Below, piece by piece: positions 47,830 to 60,386 of a stretch of 64,000 nt of DNA. Position numbers and translations under genes: made by a program. The stretch is from Carcharhinus amblyrhynchos. Taxonomy: Eukaryota. Every line of letters begins with the position of its first letter. Positions within the stretch are counted from its first letter, which is position 1. The stretch lies in NCBI GenBank assembly GCA_965287045.1, contig OZ336890.1, positions 36,022,001 through 36,086,000 of the forward strand, written 5' to 3'. The notes under the pieces are model-generated. The model saw only the letters and a program-made list of their open reading frames with translations, was not told where the DNA came from and did no database searches.

Positions 47830-48449
47830 GAGCCCGATTTTACAATCAAGTTGTACCTGTTTTTGGGTGTGAGAACTTGGTAAAGTTAAGCGTGAGGCTC
47901 TCTGGTAGAGAGGAACGGGGGGTCAGATGACTCTCTGGTGGAGGGTAGGGTTGGGAGGCGGGTCAGATGACTCTGTGGTGGTTGGGGAGGGGGGGTGGGT
48001 GGGGGAGGCGGGCCAGATGACTGTTTGGAGGGGGGGAGGTGGGCAGGGGGGTTCCGCTGCCACTGTGCGTGTGATCGGTGGGAGGGAAGGGGGCTGCTAT
48101 CGGTCTGGGTAGCAGGGGAATGGGGGGATGAGGGGGATAGTAATGTTGTGGAGTGGTGGCTTATGGGTGCCAGAGGGAATCATTATCTGGCCTGGGAGCG
48201 ATGTGGCAGGGGAGTGTTTTTCTATTTTTTTTACTGTGCATGCGCAGTTCATGACTCTGATCGGAGCTGCAGTGTTTAGGGTGCATTATGCCCTGTCCAC
48301 AGGCTCTACAGTATGATTCAGAATCACTGACATTTTTTCAGGCAGAGTGCATGTGGGGACACTGGAAAACGGATCTAAAAGTCAGATCTGAAACACTCCC
48401 AGTTTCAAATCCACTCGGCACTTAGAATTAAAATGATAATATCAGGCCC
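47830..48449. mobile_element. Harbinger-type non-autonomous element with an internal G-rich tandem repeat
   Basis: TIR GAGCCCGATTTTAC / GATAATATCAGGCCC; three GG(T/C)CAGATGACT units at about 47921, 47961 and 48011. Confidence 0.65.
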
Positions 48450-48492
48450 AAGGTCTTAAAGATGAAGAAGTTCAGTGTGCACAGGTTGTTTG

Positions 48493-48785
48493 TGCAGTAT
48501 GGTAGCACAGTGGTTAGCACTACTGCCTCACAGCGCTAGGCACCCGGGTTTGATTCCCGGCTTGGGGTCACTGTGTGAAGTCTGCATGCTTTCCCCTTGT
48601 CTCCGTGAGTTTGCTTCAGTTTCCTCTCACAGTCCGAAAGACGTACTGGTTAGGTGCATTGGCCATGCTAAGTTCGCCCTCAGTGTACCCAGAGGCGGAG
48701 AGTTTGGTGACCACGGGATGTTCGCAATACCTTCATTGCAGTGTTAATGTAAGCCTACTTGTGACTAATAAATAAACTTTAAAAA
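48493..48785 (+). mobile_element. V-SINE, tail A
   Basis: Full-length copy. Confidence 0.92.
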
Positions 48786-48921
48786 TTTTAAACTCAAAGG
48801 GATAGAAATTTGATTCACCGGTGTGACAAGGTGAATGGTTTCAGACTGGCTGCATCTTATCTTCAGTCAATGGAATTAGCTAACAGGCTCTGAGTACAAC
48901 AGGTGACTATTCCAATACATA

Positions 48922-49235
48922 AAATCATAGAATCCCTATAGTGCAGAAGGAGGCCATTTGGCCCATTGAGCCTTTACCGTCAACATTCCCACCCAGGCCC
49001 TATCCCCATAAATCCCATGTATTTAACCAGCTAATTCCCTGACACTATGGCTAATTTAGCATGGCCAATTCACCTAACCTGCACATCTTTGGACTGTGGG
49101 AGGAAACCGGAGCATCCGGACGAAACCCCATGCAGACATGAAGAGAACATGTAAATGCCACACAGACAGTCACTCGAGGTTGGAATTCAACCCAGGCCCC
49201 TGGCGCTATGAGACACTAACCACCATGCCACCCTG
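48922..49235 (-). mobile_element. V-SINE, tail B
   Basis: Full-length copy. Confidence 0.92.
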
Positions 49236-49393
49236 CTTTTTTGTGCCACAGCCTGTTTCAATTTCTACTTCCATGTGTGTTCAGACTCATTTTCAGTCTC
49301 ATGAAATAACACACAAGACATAAGTCATAAAGTGATGATTTAAGGTTGTGAACTCTAACCCTGGGATTTATTGCGTGGTAAACTCTTAGTCTT

Positions 49394-50042
49394 GGCTGGG
49401 ATTCTCCCAGAACAATCCGAAGTGTCAAATTTGCGTAAAAACTGGAGTAAATCTCCCTGGTTTTTCATGAATCTCCCACACTCTGTGCATCATGGAATGC
49501 ACTAATGTGAATCAGGCTAAAATTCAGTGGATGAGGCCTATTCCCGCTGAAGAGGCTGGCAGCATAGTGCTGACTGGGCCACCAAGCACGAACCGATTTG
49601 TCAGCGCCAAGATTGGTGCATGTGCACTAACCTCACGTTGCCTGTCTCCTGATCACTGGCCAACTCAATCGTTGGCCTGCCGTGTGACCGCATATCGCTG
49701 GCACACATACCCCCCACGCACCAATCACTGGCACCCGGACATGTCCGAGCCAGCCCCACTCCCTGCCCTCTCGGCCCAGCTAGATCTCCCTCCACCACCG
49801 CCCCCCCCAGCAAACAGCCTCCCCCGCCCTGGCAGTCCCAATCTCCCGATTTCCCTCCCCCGGCAGTCCCGATCTCCTGATTCCCTCCGATTTCTAGCAT
49901 GGAGCTGATAGTGCCAAAAATCCGGTGGCTGGAGACTTGGGGAGGCCGCGTCGCCCAGCGGGGAGCCTGCTACGTACCCTCTGCTTGAGTCTCCCGGCCC
50001 ACTGTACTGCTAAAGCATCGCAGTGGGCTGGCAGAATCACCC
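49394..50042. mobile_element. Harbinger-type non-autonomous element
   Basis: GGCTGGGATTCTCCCAG / CTGGCAGAATCACCC ends; GC-rich interior. Confidence 0.65.
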
Positions 50043-50732
50043 TGATTATTTGTGAAGGTGGGAGAGGAGGGGGTATCTGGAACGTACCAAGCAAAGCTAA
50101 GGTGGTTCCTACCAGGGCAGGTCATGACAAAGGACGGTAACAGGAAGATGGTCTGTGCAGTCCATTATCCTGAGCTAGTTGTGATCAGTGGTGTTCGAGA
50201 CCACCCCACTGGCAAAAGCTACTATGGGTCATGGGAATGAGTCAGCGGGAGAGCAGTGAACCTTAAGTTAGGGGAAAACCATTGGAAGTAAACACAACAC
50301 TGTGTTGACTATCTGCAGAGGCAGGTTTTTATTGTGTAAGCCTAGATTTCTGTTCAACAATGAGCAATATCACTGAAACTGAACTGTGAGGAAAGCAGGA
50401 GCAGTGCTTTTCTGAACACTGTGTGTAAATTGGATAGCCTTAAAAAGAGGTGGGGAGATCGCCATGCTCCAGGCAATTCGAACGCAGGCGGCACGCCTCC
50501 TCCACACTTGCTGTCAGCCAGCGGGTCTGCACTTTGCAGTCAGCACTAACTGCACTGCTTATTAATTGGATGTATCAGCAGGAGTCGAAACCTATCAGCA
50601 ACATTTAAAACCAGACGAACATTGCTCGCAGGGGACGTGGAACTCAAATACTGAGGATGCTAAAAATCTGAAATGAAAACAGAAATTGCCAGAAATGCTC
50701 AACATGTTTGGTAACTTGAAAACAGATTAATG

Positions 50733-51373
50733 TTAGATTAGACAGGGTGCCATGATCCTTGCTAACCTCCCCCCCTCAGCTGAAAGGCTTGTGGGAGGGA
50801 ATAGCTTAACCACCCCCCCCCCCCATCTTGCTCATAGCCCTTGCAGCTGTTTAATGCTGGGAGCAAAGTTATCTGTTTTAAAGCAAAACATCTGCAGAAA
50901 ATTCCACCATGCCGTGCAGCCCAGGTAAGTCCAGAGTCTGGGCTGTCGGTGAGGTGGGTGGGGGGTGGGAGAGGCCAGATTCAAGAGACCGGGGGAAGAG
51001 TTGAGGGGTGCGGGGGGGGGGAATAGAATGAATTAAAGGTGCCTTTAATTGCCCAGAGGGGCCTCAGAGGAAATCCATCCCTCCCTATTTGACTGCAGCC
51101 TGAGGGCAGCTGAAGCTGCAGGGCTTCTCATATGATATCGACCTGAACTTCCATGGGTACAATACCAGTGGGGGTCAAGAGGAGGCCTTTAAGGCATTTT
51201 AAAGGAATGAATCGGCCCAAAGGCAGACATGCCACCCACACCTCTCCTGCCTCCCCAAGTAGAATCTTGGACAGGTCTGGGATGGCCGGGTAAGTGGCAA
51301 GAAGTCCACCCGCTGGACATTATGATTCCCACCGCCTTTAAGTCTACCAGTGGGGGACTGTTAAATCCAGTCC
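50733..51373. mobile_element. Harbinger-type element inserted into a Penelope-like terminal fragment
   Basis: Right TIR CTGTTAAATCCAGTCC; left end degenerate; AAT on both flanks. The host fragment (about 50645-50732) resumes at 51374 (AATGTTTCAGGTC). Confidence 0.55.
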
Positions 51374-51399
51374 AATGTTTCAGGTCAGTGACCTGTTAG

Positions 51400-52130
51400 C
51401 AGGTTCTGATATGCACACTGGTCGGGCAGGCTACAGGAGAAGGCTAACGGGCACATACAACAAAATGTTTGGGAAGCCTGTCAGGAATGTGGCATTAAAT
51501 GCCAGGGAACATGAAGGGATCTGGCACCAGCTTAACACAAATCTTTTTGCAAAGCTTGAATTCCATTCTGGTGGAACTGGTAGTGGCCAACTTCATAAGG
51601 ACACTTGTGGACCCATCCATGGTGCAGCATTTTACAGTTGATGGTGCAACTTCCATTGCAGAACAAGAAGGTTCCATCAAAAATCTGAGGGCATCCATGG
51701 CAACGCAGACTGAAGTCATCAAGCTCAGTTCACTGTCATCAGGGTACCCATGCTCAAAGGAGCTTCCAGAGTGTCAAGACAGCCAAATAATCTGTCCTGC
51801 AACCAATTATTTGGATTGCAACGGTTCTGCCCAGAGGCACCATGGATTATGACCCTGTTATCCTTTGTGCTCCCACCATGACTATTCCGCCAATGCCCAT
51901 CATGTTGCCTGGCAGCTAGCCCAGATCGTTGCTATTCATGTGGGGATGGTGCAGTCAGACATTCATGGCCTAGATCTGCTCAAGGGCACCTGAGAAGGCC
52001 ATCTGCAAAGTTAGCAATCTTTCACCAGCCATACTGCAGAGGCAGGTTTTTCATTGTGTAAGTCTAGATTTCTGTTCAACAATGAGCAATATCACTGAAA
52101 CTCACCTGAGGGCAGACAAAACCCTAAAGG
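51400..52130 (+). pseudogene. Probable Harbinger Myb-protein C-terminal relic
   Basis: ORF 51499-51852 is a helical, Ser/Thr-rich relic lying convergent to the transposase relic at 52520-52672. The assignment rests mainly on context. Confidence 0.4.
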
Positions 52131-52519
52131 AAAACATAAGAATTCTACATACCATTGAAAGTGTTGTTGGATAATGAGATTATTCAATGGCTACTTTGCG
52201 ATGGCTTCTGTTTCAGGATTTTGGCCAAGAGGACACTGTAATGGTCCAGAGCAGAGAGATGAAGGGAGGGGGAACTGTGGAGTGACGGTGACTTGGGCTG
52301 TTTTCAGAGGGACTGAAATCTCATGATTAGCAAATGGCCAGCCCTTTTAGAGTAAAAGTGAAACCAGAAAGTGTGAGAAAACCCTAGCACATCTGGTAGC
52401 AACTGTGGTGACAGAAACAGAGCTCAAGACTTGAGTCCAATAGGACTCTTCTGTGTCTTGGAGGCTGCTTTCATTCCTCCTCCTCCAGAGGTTGACACCG
52501 AACGCCCCGATTGCGAATG

Positions 52520-52672
52520 CTGCACTCTCATCATTGCCAGGTTGTGGAGGCTGCTCATCAAGAGCTTGGAGATAGTGAGGACTGGAGGGATCCCCCTGAG
52601 CTGTCCAGGCAGCGCACATATAAGGACACTGATGTTTTGTGCCATGGCATCCTTGGTAACAGCATGTCTCTT
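52520..52672 (-). pseudogene. Harbinger (HARBI1-like, DDE_Tnp_4) transposase C-terminal relic
   Basis: With two frameshifts reads HAVTKDAMAQNISVL..RCLDSSGGSLQS..ISKLLMSSLHNLAMMR, matching H..TR..IE..IG.LK.RFRCLD.SGG.LQY..C..LHN. Confidence 0.8.
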
Positions 52673-52675
52673 AAG

Positions 52676-52980
52676 GCATGGTGGCACAGTAGTTAGCACT
52701 GCTGCCTCACAGTGCCAGGGATCTGGGTTCAATTACTGACTTGGGTCACTGGCTGTGTGGAATCTGCACGTTCTCCCCGTGTCTGCCTGCGTTTCCTCCG
52801 GGTGGTCCAGTTTCCTCCCACAGTCAGAAGGACGTGTTGGTTAGGTGCATTGGCCATGCTAAATTCTCCCTCAGTGTACCCAATCAGGCGCAGGAGAATG
52901 GTGCATAGGGGATTTTCACAGTAACTTCATTGCAGTGTTAATATAAGCCTACTTGTAATGCTAATAAATAAAGTTTAAAA
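52676..52980 (+). mobile_element. V-SINE, tail A
   Basis: Full-length copy. Confidence 0.92.
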
Positions 52981-53459
52981 CTCTTGTTGTGCTTGTGTTT
53001 CCATGTGTGGGTGGGTGGAGGAGGACAAATCCATATGCCCATTCCTCTTGCTTTCACTGTTTAGAGTGGCGTCAACGCAATCAGGTCTCCTTGTGTGCTC
53101 CCAGAAGCAGCAAGAACCTGATTTTAAGACACTTTAAGAAATTTAAATCTAATTATCTAGTTCCCTTACCATATGATTCCCCCTCACGGCCTACTTACGC
53201 TTCACCAATATGACATCATATTGGTGAGGTTTGGCCAGATGCAAACCTGTCAAGGGGCTCCTTCCATGGACGCAAATGTAAGTATAGCCCTCGAATGAGA
53301 GGGACATGGTCAAGTAGCATCTGGGCAATGCCCCCTGGCACTTCCAGGGCCAGACCTTCACTTATGTATGGTTGGGGTGGGGGGGGGCGTTGGAGAAAAA
53401 GAATGGTCACTGAATGGAGGGAGTGTTGAAATGCCAGCAGCGATTCTTTGGATGTGTCC

Positions 53460-53590
53460 CGGGATGTGTAGATTTGAGGAATCAGCAGGGTAAATGTATG
53501 GGCTTGTGGAAAAGGGCCTGAGGTAGAATTGTTGTTGTTGTAGACTTGGTGGGCCAAATGGCCTCCTTCTGTACGGTAGGGATTCTATAG
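53460..53590 (+). mobile_element. V-SINE tail B fragment
   Basis: GGGCCAAATGGCCTCCTTCTGTACGGTAGGGATTCTAT. Confidence 0.8.
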
Positions 53591-54289
53591 TTTCTACGGA
53601 GGTGTGATGGAACTGCTGAAAAGTTGGCAATGTTCATGGAGGTTGGCAGCATTGAGGAAAATGCCGGCAATGACTGAGATGGGGAGGCGGGGGAAAGATG
53701 CTGATACACCTGTGGTGAGGGAAGGCAATTATTTTTATTTCTGATCGGGACTTCTTTAGCGATGGCGTACCAATCCCTGTGGAGCCTGTTTCTGGCTCTC
53801 AGAGTCACAAAATCTGTACTGCGCAACTGGAGAGTTCCATACCAGTTTTCTGAATGAGCCTGTCACTTTGTCAAATTCTGGTAAGATCGTCCCCAGAGTC
53901 TCACGAGATCCGCAGCAGACAAAGTCAAAAGCGCTTCATTGGAAGTCCCATACTGATGTCCTGAAATAGCCCTGCTGGAAAGGAGCTGGACACTTGTCCA
54001 ATATGCGTTTGATGCAAGTTGCTAACGAGAACTATGGGGGCCAAAATTGCAGGTCAGGAGCTACTCAGTGGTAAGTGCTGACTGATGTCACAAACTGCAC
54101 ATGTTTACTGGAGACCAAATCAAGCTTCCTTCCTACGATGGTGATTGACAACAGACCAGTCATAGGAAATAAATCCACCACCATTTGAACTGCTCAGGGC
54201 TTCCATAAGGATACAAAGCTCAGTTCTGCAGCCCACATTTTGGATACCTTCAAGGTTGTTTGTTGTTTCTCTTCCCGCACCCTGTGCAG

Positions 54290-54503
54290 GAACATAGAAC
54301 ATAGAAAACTACAGCACAAACAGGCCCTTCAGACCACAAGTTGCACTGATCATATCCATACCTACCAGGCCTACCTATAACCCTCAATCCCATTAAATCC
54401 CATGTACTCATCCAGAAGTCTCTTAAAAGACCCCAACGAGTTTGCCTCCACCACCACCGACGGCAGCCGATTCCACTCACTCACCGCCCTCTGAGTGAAA
54501 AAC
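54290..54503 (-). mobile_element. Short, 5'-truncated CR1 3' end (little diverged)
   Basis: (AACATAG)n tail on the + strand; antisense FFTQRAVSEWNRLPSVVVEA..FKRLLDEYM; CpGs retained. Confidence 0.9.
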
Positions 54504-54544
54504 AGGCAGACTTCCATCTGCTTCCATAGCAAGTTTCATGTGGG

Positions 54545-54788
54545 GCAAGTTGCTAGCCTATTGCCAGAGGCTTATAGCTGGTGGACACCACACCATACCA
54601 AACATGGCTGACCAGAAATCTTTCGTGCTCTCACTGCCTACCATTGGCACGTCGGAAGGATTTTGCAGGTTGATACTCAACCTGTTGGCTGTTATGAATG
54701 CACCTTTCTTGACCATCAAGTCCTGGGGTGGGACTCAAACACAGAGCTTCTGACTCAGAGTTAGGGATGAAACCCACTGTGCCACAAA
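54545..54788 (-). mobile_element. tRNA-headed SINE of another family
   Basis: Minus strand GTGGCACAGTGGGTTTCATCCCTAACTCTGAGTCAGAAGCTCTGTGTTTGAGTCCCAC; body unlike the V-SINEs; 3' end uncertain. Confidence 0.6.
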
Positions 54789-55200
54789 ACATCTCTATCA
54801 TCAATGTACAAGCATCTTATTCTACAATGTATACTTTCTAAAGACTCTGTAACAGATTGGACCTGTTGCATATTCAGTTATATACATATTTATAGTAACA
54901 ATTTAAATAGCTGCATGGCATGAGTTCATATATTATGAATGCTGCAAAGAACAATTCAAGGCAAGGCTCTAACGTAGTAAAACAAAACAGAAACATGAGT
55001 CTCTCTTTCCCTTTCAGATGTTGACTAATTTAGCTTGCATTCCCAGCATTTTTTGTTCTGTTATTTCAGGCATCCAACAGACACATTTGTTTTATTCTAT
55101 TCTCATCTTACAAACCTAGTAATCACCTCTCTGTGGTCTAATTCACAGTTGAGCACTGATCTAAATGGTTCTGGAATAGAAGAGTTGAAATTACTTATCA

Positions 55201-55440
55201 CAGAATCATAGGACCCCTACCATGCCGAAGTAAGCCATTCAGCCCATCGAGTCTGCACTGACCACAATCCCACACAGGCCCTCTTCGTATAACCCCATAC
55301 ATTTACCCTAGCTTGTCCTCCTGACACTAAGGGACAATTTAGCATGGCCAATCCATCTAACCCGCATATCTGTGGACTGTGGGAGGAAACCAGAGCCCCC
55401 GGAGGAAACCCACACAGACATGGGGAGAACGTGCAAACTT
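55201..55440 (-). mobile_element. V-SINE, tail B, 5'-truncated
   Basis: V-domain and tail; head missing. Confidence 0.9.
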
Positions 55441-56229
55441 AGTGCAATTCTTTTTAAGATAGCACTGGATTTCAATGACCCGCTCATTTAACTCAGAGGG
55501 GCACACAGCCTTCCCTCAAGGCTGGATGACTTTATGTTTGCTTTAAAGAAAGACATTTTTCATAGTTTTCATGAAAGCACAAATACAGTTAAAGATTTTA
55601 GGGTTCTGCGTTTACAAATAAAGCACGTCTAAAACTTGTCAGCGTTGGAACTAATCAAAATCTAGAGTATGAAATAGGGCTTGGCAATGCCCTTCCTTTG
55701 GGCACTCCTGGGTGTTTGGAGGCCAAAATGACACCCATTACATGCATGGACATTTCTCCCGTGAATCGTACCGGATGCCACCCTGGTGAAGGTGTCAGCA
55801 TGCACACAAGCAAATGTCTGCAGAGCAAGCAGATTGCGACATCAACCAATGCTGCTATTTTAGACTTCTACGTTCCAGCCTATGCCCTTTCTTCACCTTA
55901 CACAGCTGAACATGCGTTAAGCTGCAGGAAGGACCTCCAGCGGTGCTATTTAAATCCAGCATCAACTACTTGCAGGTTAGCTGCTGGTTGATTTCTTATG
56001 GTAGCAGTTATAATTCTGTAAGTGAGTGGATCTTTCCATGATTGTTTCAAGTTGTAAAAACAAGGAATGATTTGTCAGGTGCTGAGGAAGGCATTGCTGA
56101 CTTCCAAACTTCGACACAAATCGGTTGCTCCCAGAATTTGATGCAGCAGCAGACAGTCCCATTGGAAAACAGCATGAATGGGAAAATGAACAGAGGCCTC
56201 ACGAAACAGGGTATGCAGAGAGTGGTGGG

Positions 56230-56418
56230 AGCAGAGAACGGTTCTCCACTGCAGTCCTTATCCATTCAGACTGTTCAGGGAACAACTCTGTCTGAATATT
56301 GGTGAGGAATAATGTGCGAGATGTCTGCTTGTCTGAAGGGCATCCTCACTGAAATCTGCCACCCTCAGCCACAATTCAATCCTCAGGCTAGGCCAACACT
56401 ACCAGTGTCTGCAAAGGT
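56230..56418 (+). pseudogene. Harbinger transposase N-terminal relic
   Basis: LCLNIGEE*CARCL..KGILTEICH..QPQFNPQ..LPVSAKV resembles YL.LSEE.C.RRLRF.K..TEIC.LL.P.L.P...LPV.VKV; truncated by a SINE. Confidence 0.7.
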
Positions 56419-56713
56419 TTATTTATTAGTGTCATAAATAGGCTTACACTAAGACTGCAATGAAGTTACATAGAAAATCCCCTAGTCGCCACTCTCCGAC
56501 ACCTGTTCGGGTACACTGAGGGAAAAATCAGCATAGCCAATGCGCCTAACTAGCACGTCTTTTGGACCGGGGGAGGAAACTGGAGCACCCGACGGAAACA
56601 CACAGACACAGGGAGAACATGCAGACTCCGCACAGACAGTAGGTGACCCAAGCCGGGAATCAAACCCAAGTCCCTGGTGCTGTGGGGCAGCAGTGCAGCC
56701 CACTGTGCTGCCC
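56417..56713 (-). mobile_element. V-SINE, tail A
   Basis: Near full-length copy. Confidence 0.92.
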
Positions 56714-57519
56714 CAGGTGATTGCGGCAATGAACTGTTATGTGTCCAGCTCCACCGAGGAACAGAGAGTGGTTATATCTGTATAGGTTTGGATCTTCCAG
56801 CTGTATTTCAGGACCAAAATCAGAGATTTCCAACTTCTTTGTATAAGAAAAGAGACAAAGCGCTGGGAATAGTAACAGATGATAGGGTGCATGGCTCAAG
56901 GGATCTTTAGTATTGTTATCATTTCTCACTTTATCGGACTATTTCCATTAGGACTGTTTCAGATCCACTGCAAGTCAGCCACAAGAGAAGGACACCCTGT
57001 AAAGTGTTGAATTGTGGCTGTGATCTTTGGAACAATGATACGAAGACAATATAGCACAGATGCATCTTTAGAACAATGGAAATATCAGAAAGATAAAAGT
57101 AGGATTGTACTCGGTTGCGATTCCTAATTTTAATGCTGTTCGTGACTTTGATTAGCAAGCAGGCAAACTTTCCCTTGATAGGTCACTGACAAAAATTTCC
57201 GCTGCTTTTTTGCTTTGTAAATGCGGGGCTTAGACTCATATTTACTGACTTTGTTACAAATACAGAACAGGAATCTTGGATGTTTACAGTCAGTTGTATC
57301 AAGTTTGAATGTTCTGGCTGCCAAATCACCGATCGTTTGTATCTGTGCACACTCAAGCATGGTGCCATTTGACTCATGGCCAATGGAAAGAGTGTCGTTG
57401 TGGAGAAGCAGTGATCGAGACAATGTAAGACCTGCAGCATTGTAATATATTACAGGCTTCACTCTTGGTTTATCATTTAAATGTTCTGTGGAATGTGAAA
57501 CTGTGATGTACAAAACAGA

Positions 57520-57682
57520 AACTGGAATTTTTCCGTCCTGCCCATCTCAGGAATCGTAGCAGGCGGAGGGTTGGGGGGGAGGGGTGGGGGGAGGGGTGGG
57601 GGGAGGCGGAACCATGCAAAGGTCCATTGACTTTGCCGAGATTTTCTTGTTTTGGGATAAATGCAACCAGAAAATCCCACCC
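57520..57682. mobile_element. Harbinger-type MITE with a G-tract expansion
   Basis: Right TIR GAAAATCCCACCC; AGA on both flanks; homologous to 38390-38516 plus an internal poly-G repeat. Confidence 0.72.
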
Positions 57683-57858
57683 AGACAGTCTCACTTCCAA
57701 CTCACAATGAATGTCCAATTAGAGGATCTCACTTGGGCATCAGTCAGAATTGTCAGATTAATCAGAGCAACATTCCAGTTGTTAAGGATGGTGGCAGTTC
57801 AGCCAGGATTTCAGCTCCTGATCACTACTCAATGGCTACAGGCAGAGATGTTTTTCTT

Positions 57859-58153
57859 AAGTTTATTTATTAGTGCCACAAATAGGTTTACATTAACACT
57901 GCAATGAAGTTACTGTGAAACTCCCCTAGTTGCCACACTCCAGCACCTGTTCAGGTAAACTGAGGGAGAATTTAGCATGGCCAATGCACCTAACCAGCAC
58001 GTCTTTTGCACTGTGGAAGGAAACCAGAGCACCCGGAGGAAACCCATGCAGACACAGGGAGAATGTACAGATTCAACATGGACAGTGATCCAATCAAACC
58101 CGGATCCCTGGCGCTGTGAGGTAGCAGTGCTAACAACTGTGCCACTGTGCTGC
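57859..58153 (-). mobile_element. V-SINE, tail A
   Basis: Full-length copy. Confidence 0.92.
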
Positions 58154-58287
58154 TCTAATGTGAATGTTATGTGGACATTGATGAGGTAAAGATCATCCTT
58201 ATTTGTGATCCCTTCTCCTGTGGAGGAACAACTTGCCAACATATGGCATCCTGATATTAGACCTAGCTGGCTGATAACATGATGAAG

Positions 58288-58563
58288 GTTTTATTTATTC
58301 ACAAGTAGGGTTACATTCCCAGTGCAATGAAGTTACTGTGAAAATCACCGAGTCGCCACACTCCAGCGCATGTTCTGATACGCTGCGGGAGAATTTAGCA
58401 TGGCCAATTCACCTAACCTGCATATCTTTGGAGTGTGGGAGGAAACCGGAGCACCCAGAGGAAACCCATGCAGACACAGGGAGAATGTGCAGATTCCGCA
58501 CAGAATTGAACTCGGGTCCTTGGCACTGTGGGGCAGCAGTGCTAATCACTATGCCATCGTGCC
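58288..58563 (-). mobile_element. V-SINE, tail A
   Basis: Full-length copy with a small deletion. Confidence 0.9.
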
Positions 58564-59395
58564 TGACTGATTGTGAGCATTGCTTCAAAACCACAACCGA
58601 TGGGAGTTGTGCTGACATCAAGGAGAAACTTTCCCACATGTCCTGAATTTTGAATCGGAGATAAGGAACACCCACTTGATTGAGAAACCAGAGAACAAAT
58701 ATGATGTAGAGGTGACAAAACTGGAAGAACAATTTTATTTAAAAATTGATACCCCTTCAACTATTACATTCTAAATTGATCAAAGAAGGTAAAATGTTTG
58801 CATGCATTGGATGCATCAAGATTTGATGACCAAAAAATATAGTGTAAAGCTTTGGAGAAAATTAATGATCAGGAATGAAAACATTGTAGGATGGGAATAA
58901 AAACGATAGCCAATAATGCGACACGTAGGAGGAGATGGAAACAGCAAGATTGTAGCAGAAAATTCACTGAAAGCTGCCATCAGTTTCCAGTCCACAATAC
59001 CAGAAAATGGCATCTTTCTAAAGGTTAAGATATTCACTGCACAATCCGATAGTTGTGGATCTGAATCCCTAACGTCTGATTCTCTAATCCGCCGGTTACA
59101 CATTTGATGAGTTTCATTACCCAGCTAGACTGCTTTGTTGAGGGAGGGCAAAATGGCACAGAGCTGTCTTGTCCTTATGGCAGATGTTCCTTCCAAAGAC
59201 ACATATAACACTCAGACTGTCAGAGGCACAGGGAATTTACTGTTCAAGCAGGCTGGAATAAAGGCAACTGGAGATAGAACTGAAAAGAGACTGGTGCAAA
59301 ATACCTTAAATAAAGAGAATGCTTTAGATCAGACAATTCTCTTGCAAAGTTACTGAACTGACCACAGATTATATAATAATCTATAATAATCTGTA

Positions 59396-59690
59396 CTGTG
59401 GCACAGTGGTTAGTACTGCTGTCGATGCCAGGGCCCAGGCTCAATTTTGGCCTTGGCTGACCAAGTGGAGTTTACACATTCTCCCCGTGTCTGCGTGAGT
59501 TTCCTCCTATACTCCAAAGATGTGTGCATTAGGTTGATTGGCCATACTAAGTTGCTCTTTAGTGTCAGGGGAATTAGGAGGGTAAACATGTGGGATTATG
59601 GAGATAGGACTGGATGGGATTGTTGTCAGTGCAGGCTCAAAGGCCCAAATGGCCTCCTTCTGCACTGTAAGTATTCTATTCTATTTTATA
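59396..59690 (+). mobile_element. V-SINE, tail B
   Basis: Head GTGGCACAGTGGTTAGTACTG; tail GGCCTCCTTCTGCACTGTAAGTATTCTAT. Confidence 0.9.
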
Positions 59691-60386
59691 ATTTTCTCCA
59701 ACATCCATTCATTAAGATTTACATGTTATGGATGGTTAAAGGCAAGATGAAACATCATTCTTCTATATTTTTCTTCAACCGTTTTATTCTCACTTTTCCC
59801 ATAATCTTTTGTCCTTTTCCAGGATCTCACATTCCAAAAATAGTTTTTTTTACTTCTCTCAATGGTGGCACTTCTCACATCATGTCTTGTCGGATATGAC
59901 ACATATAACGTTCTGTTAATAGCCAAAAGGCTTGGGGATTGCATGTTATATACTTATTAACACAGGTGAAGCTACTCCTGAAACCTAATAGAAGTTGAGA
60001 TTGTCATTGTTTATACAATAACTTGTGCATACATTTGTAGAAATCTTGCAGTGTAGCTATAATAACAAAGTCCTAAAACATTGTTAGCTGTACTTCCTAA
60101 CTCTGCTAAACAAATTTAAGATACATTAATGCACACAGTTGCTATTAATTATTCTTTTATTGGGTGCTTAAACACCTGTAAAAAGGCAAATGCTCAAATG
60201 TAACCACAATTTCCATCTTACCTCATCACAGCAATGATATGACTATATAAACAGTAAGACTTAGAGCAGAATTTAAGGTTGGGGACAGGTATCTCATCCA
60301 TTGACTGGAAAACTGGTGGGAGTCCCACCACATGAGAATTGAGTGTCTATCAAGCTCTTAACCTTAATGTCAGGCCTTCCCTAGGA

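Noticed and set aside
396-59899. Many similar short ORFs (MVAQWLALL.., GFPPG.PVSSHS.., KPEHPEETHAD..) that look like a gene family
   Set aside because: They are translations of V-SINE copies in different frames.
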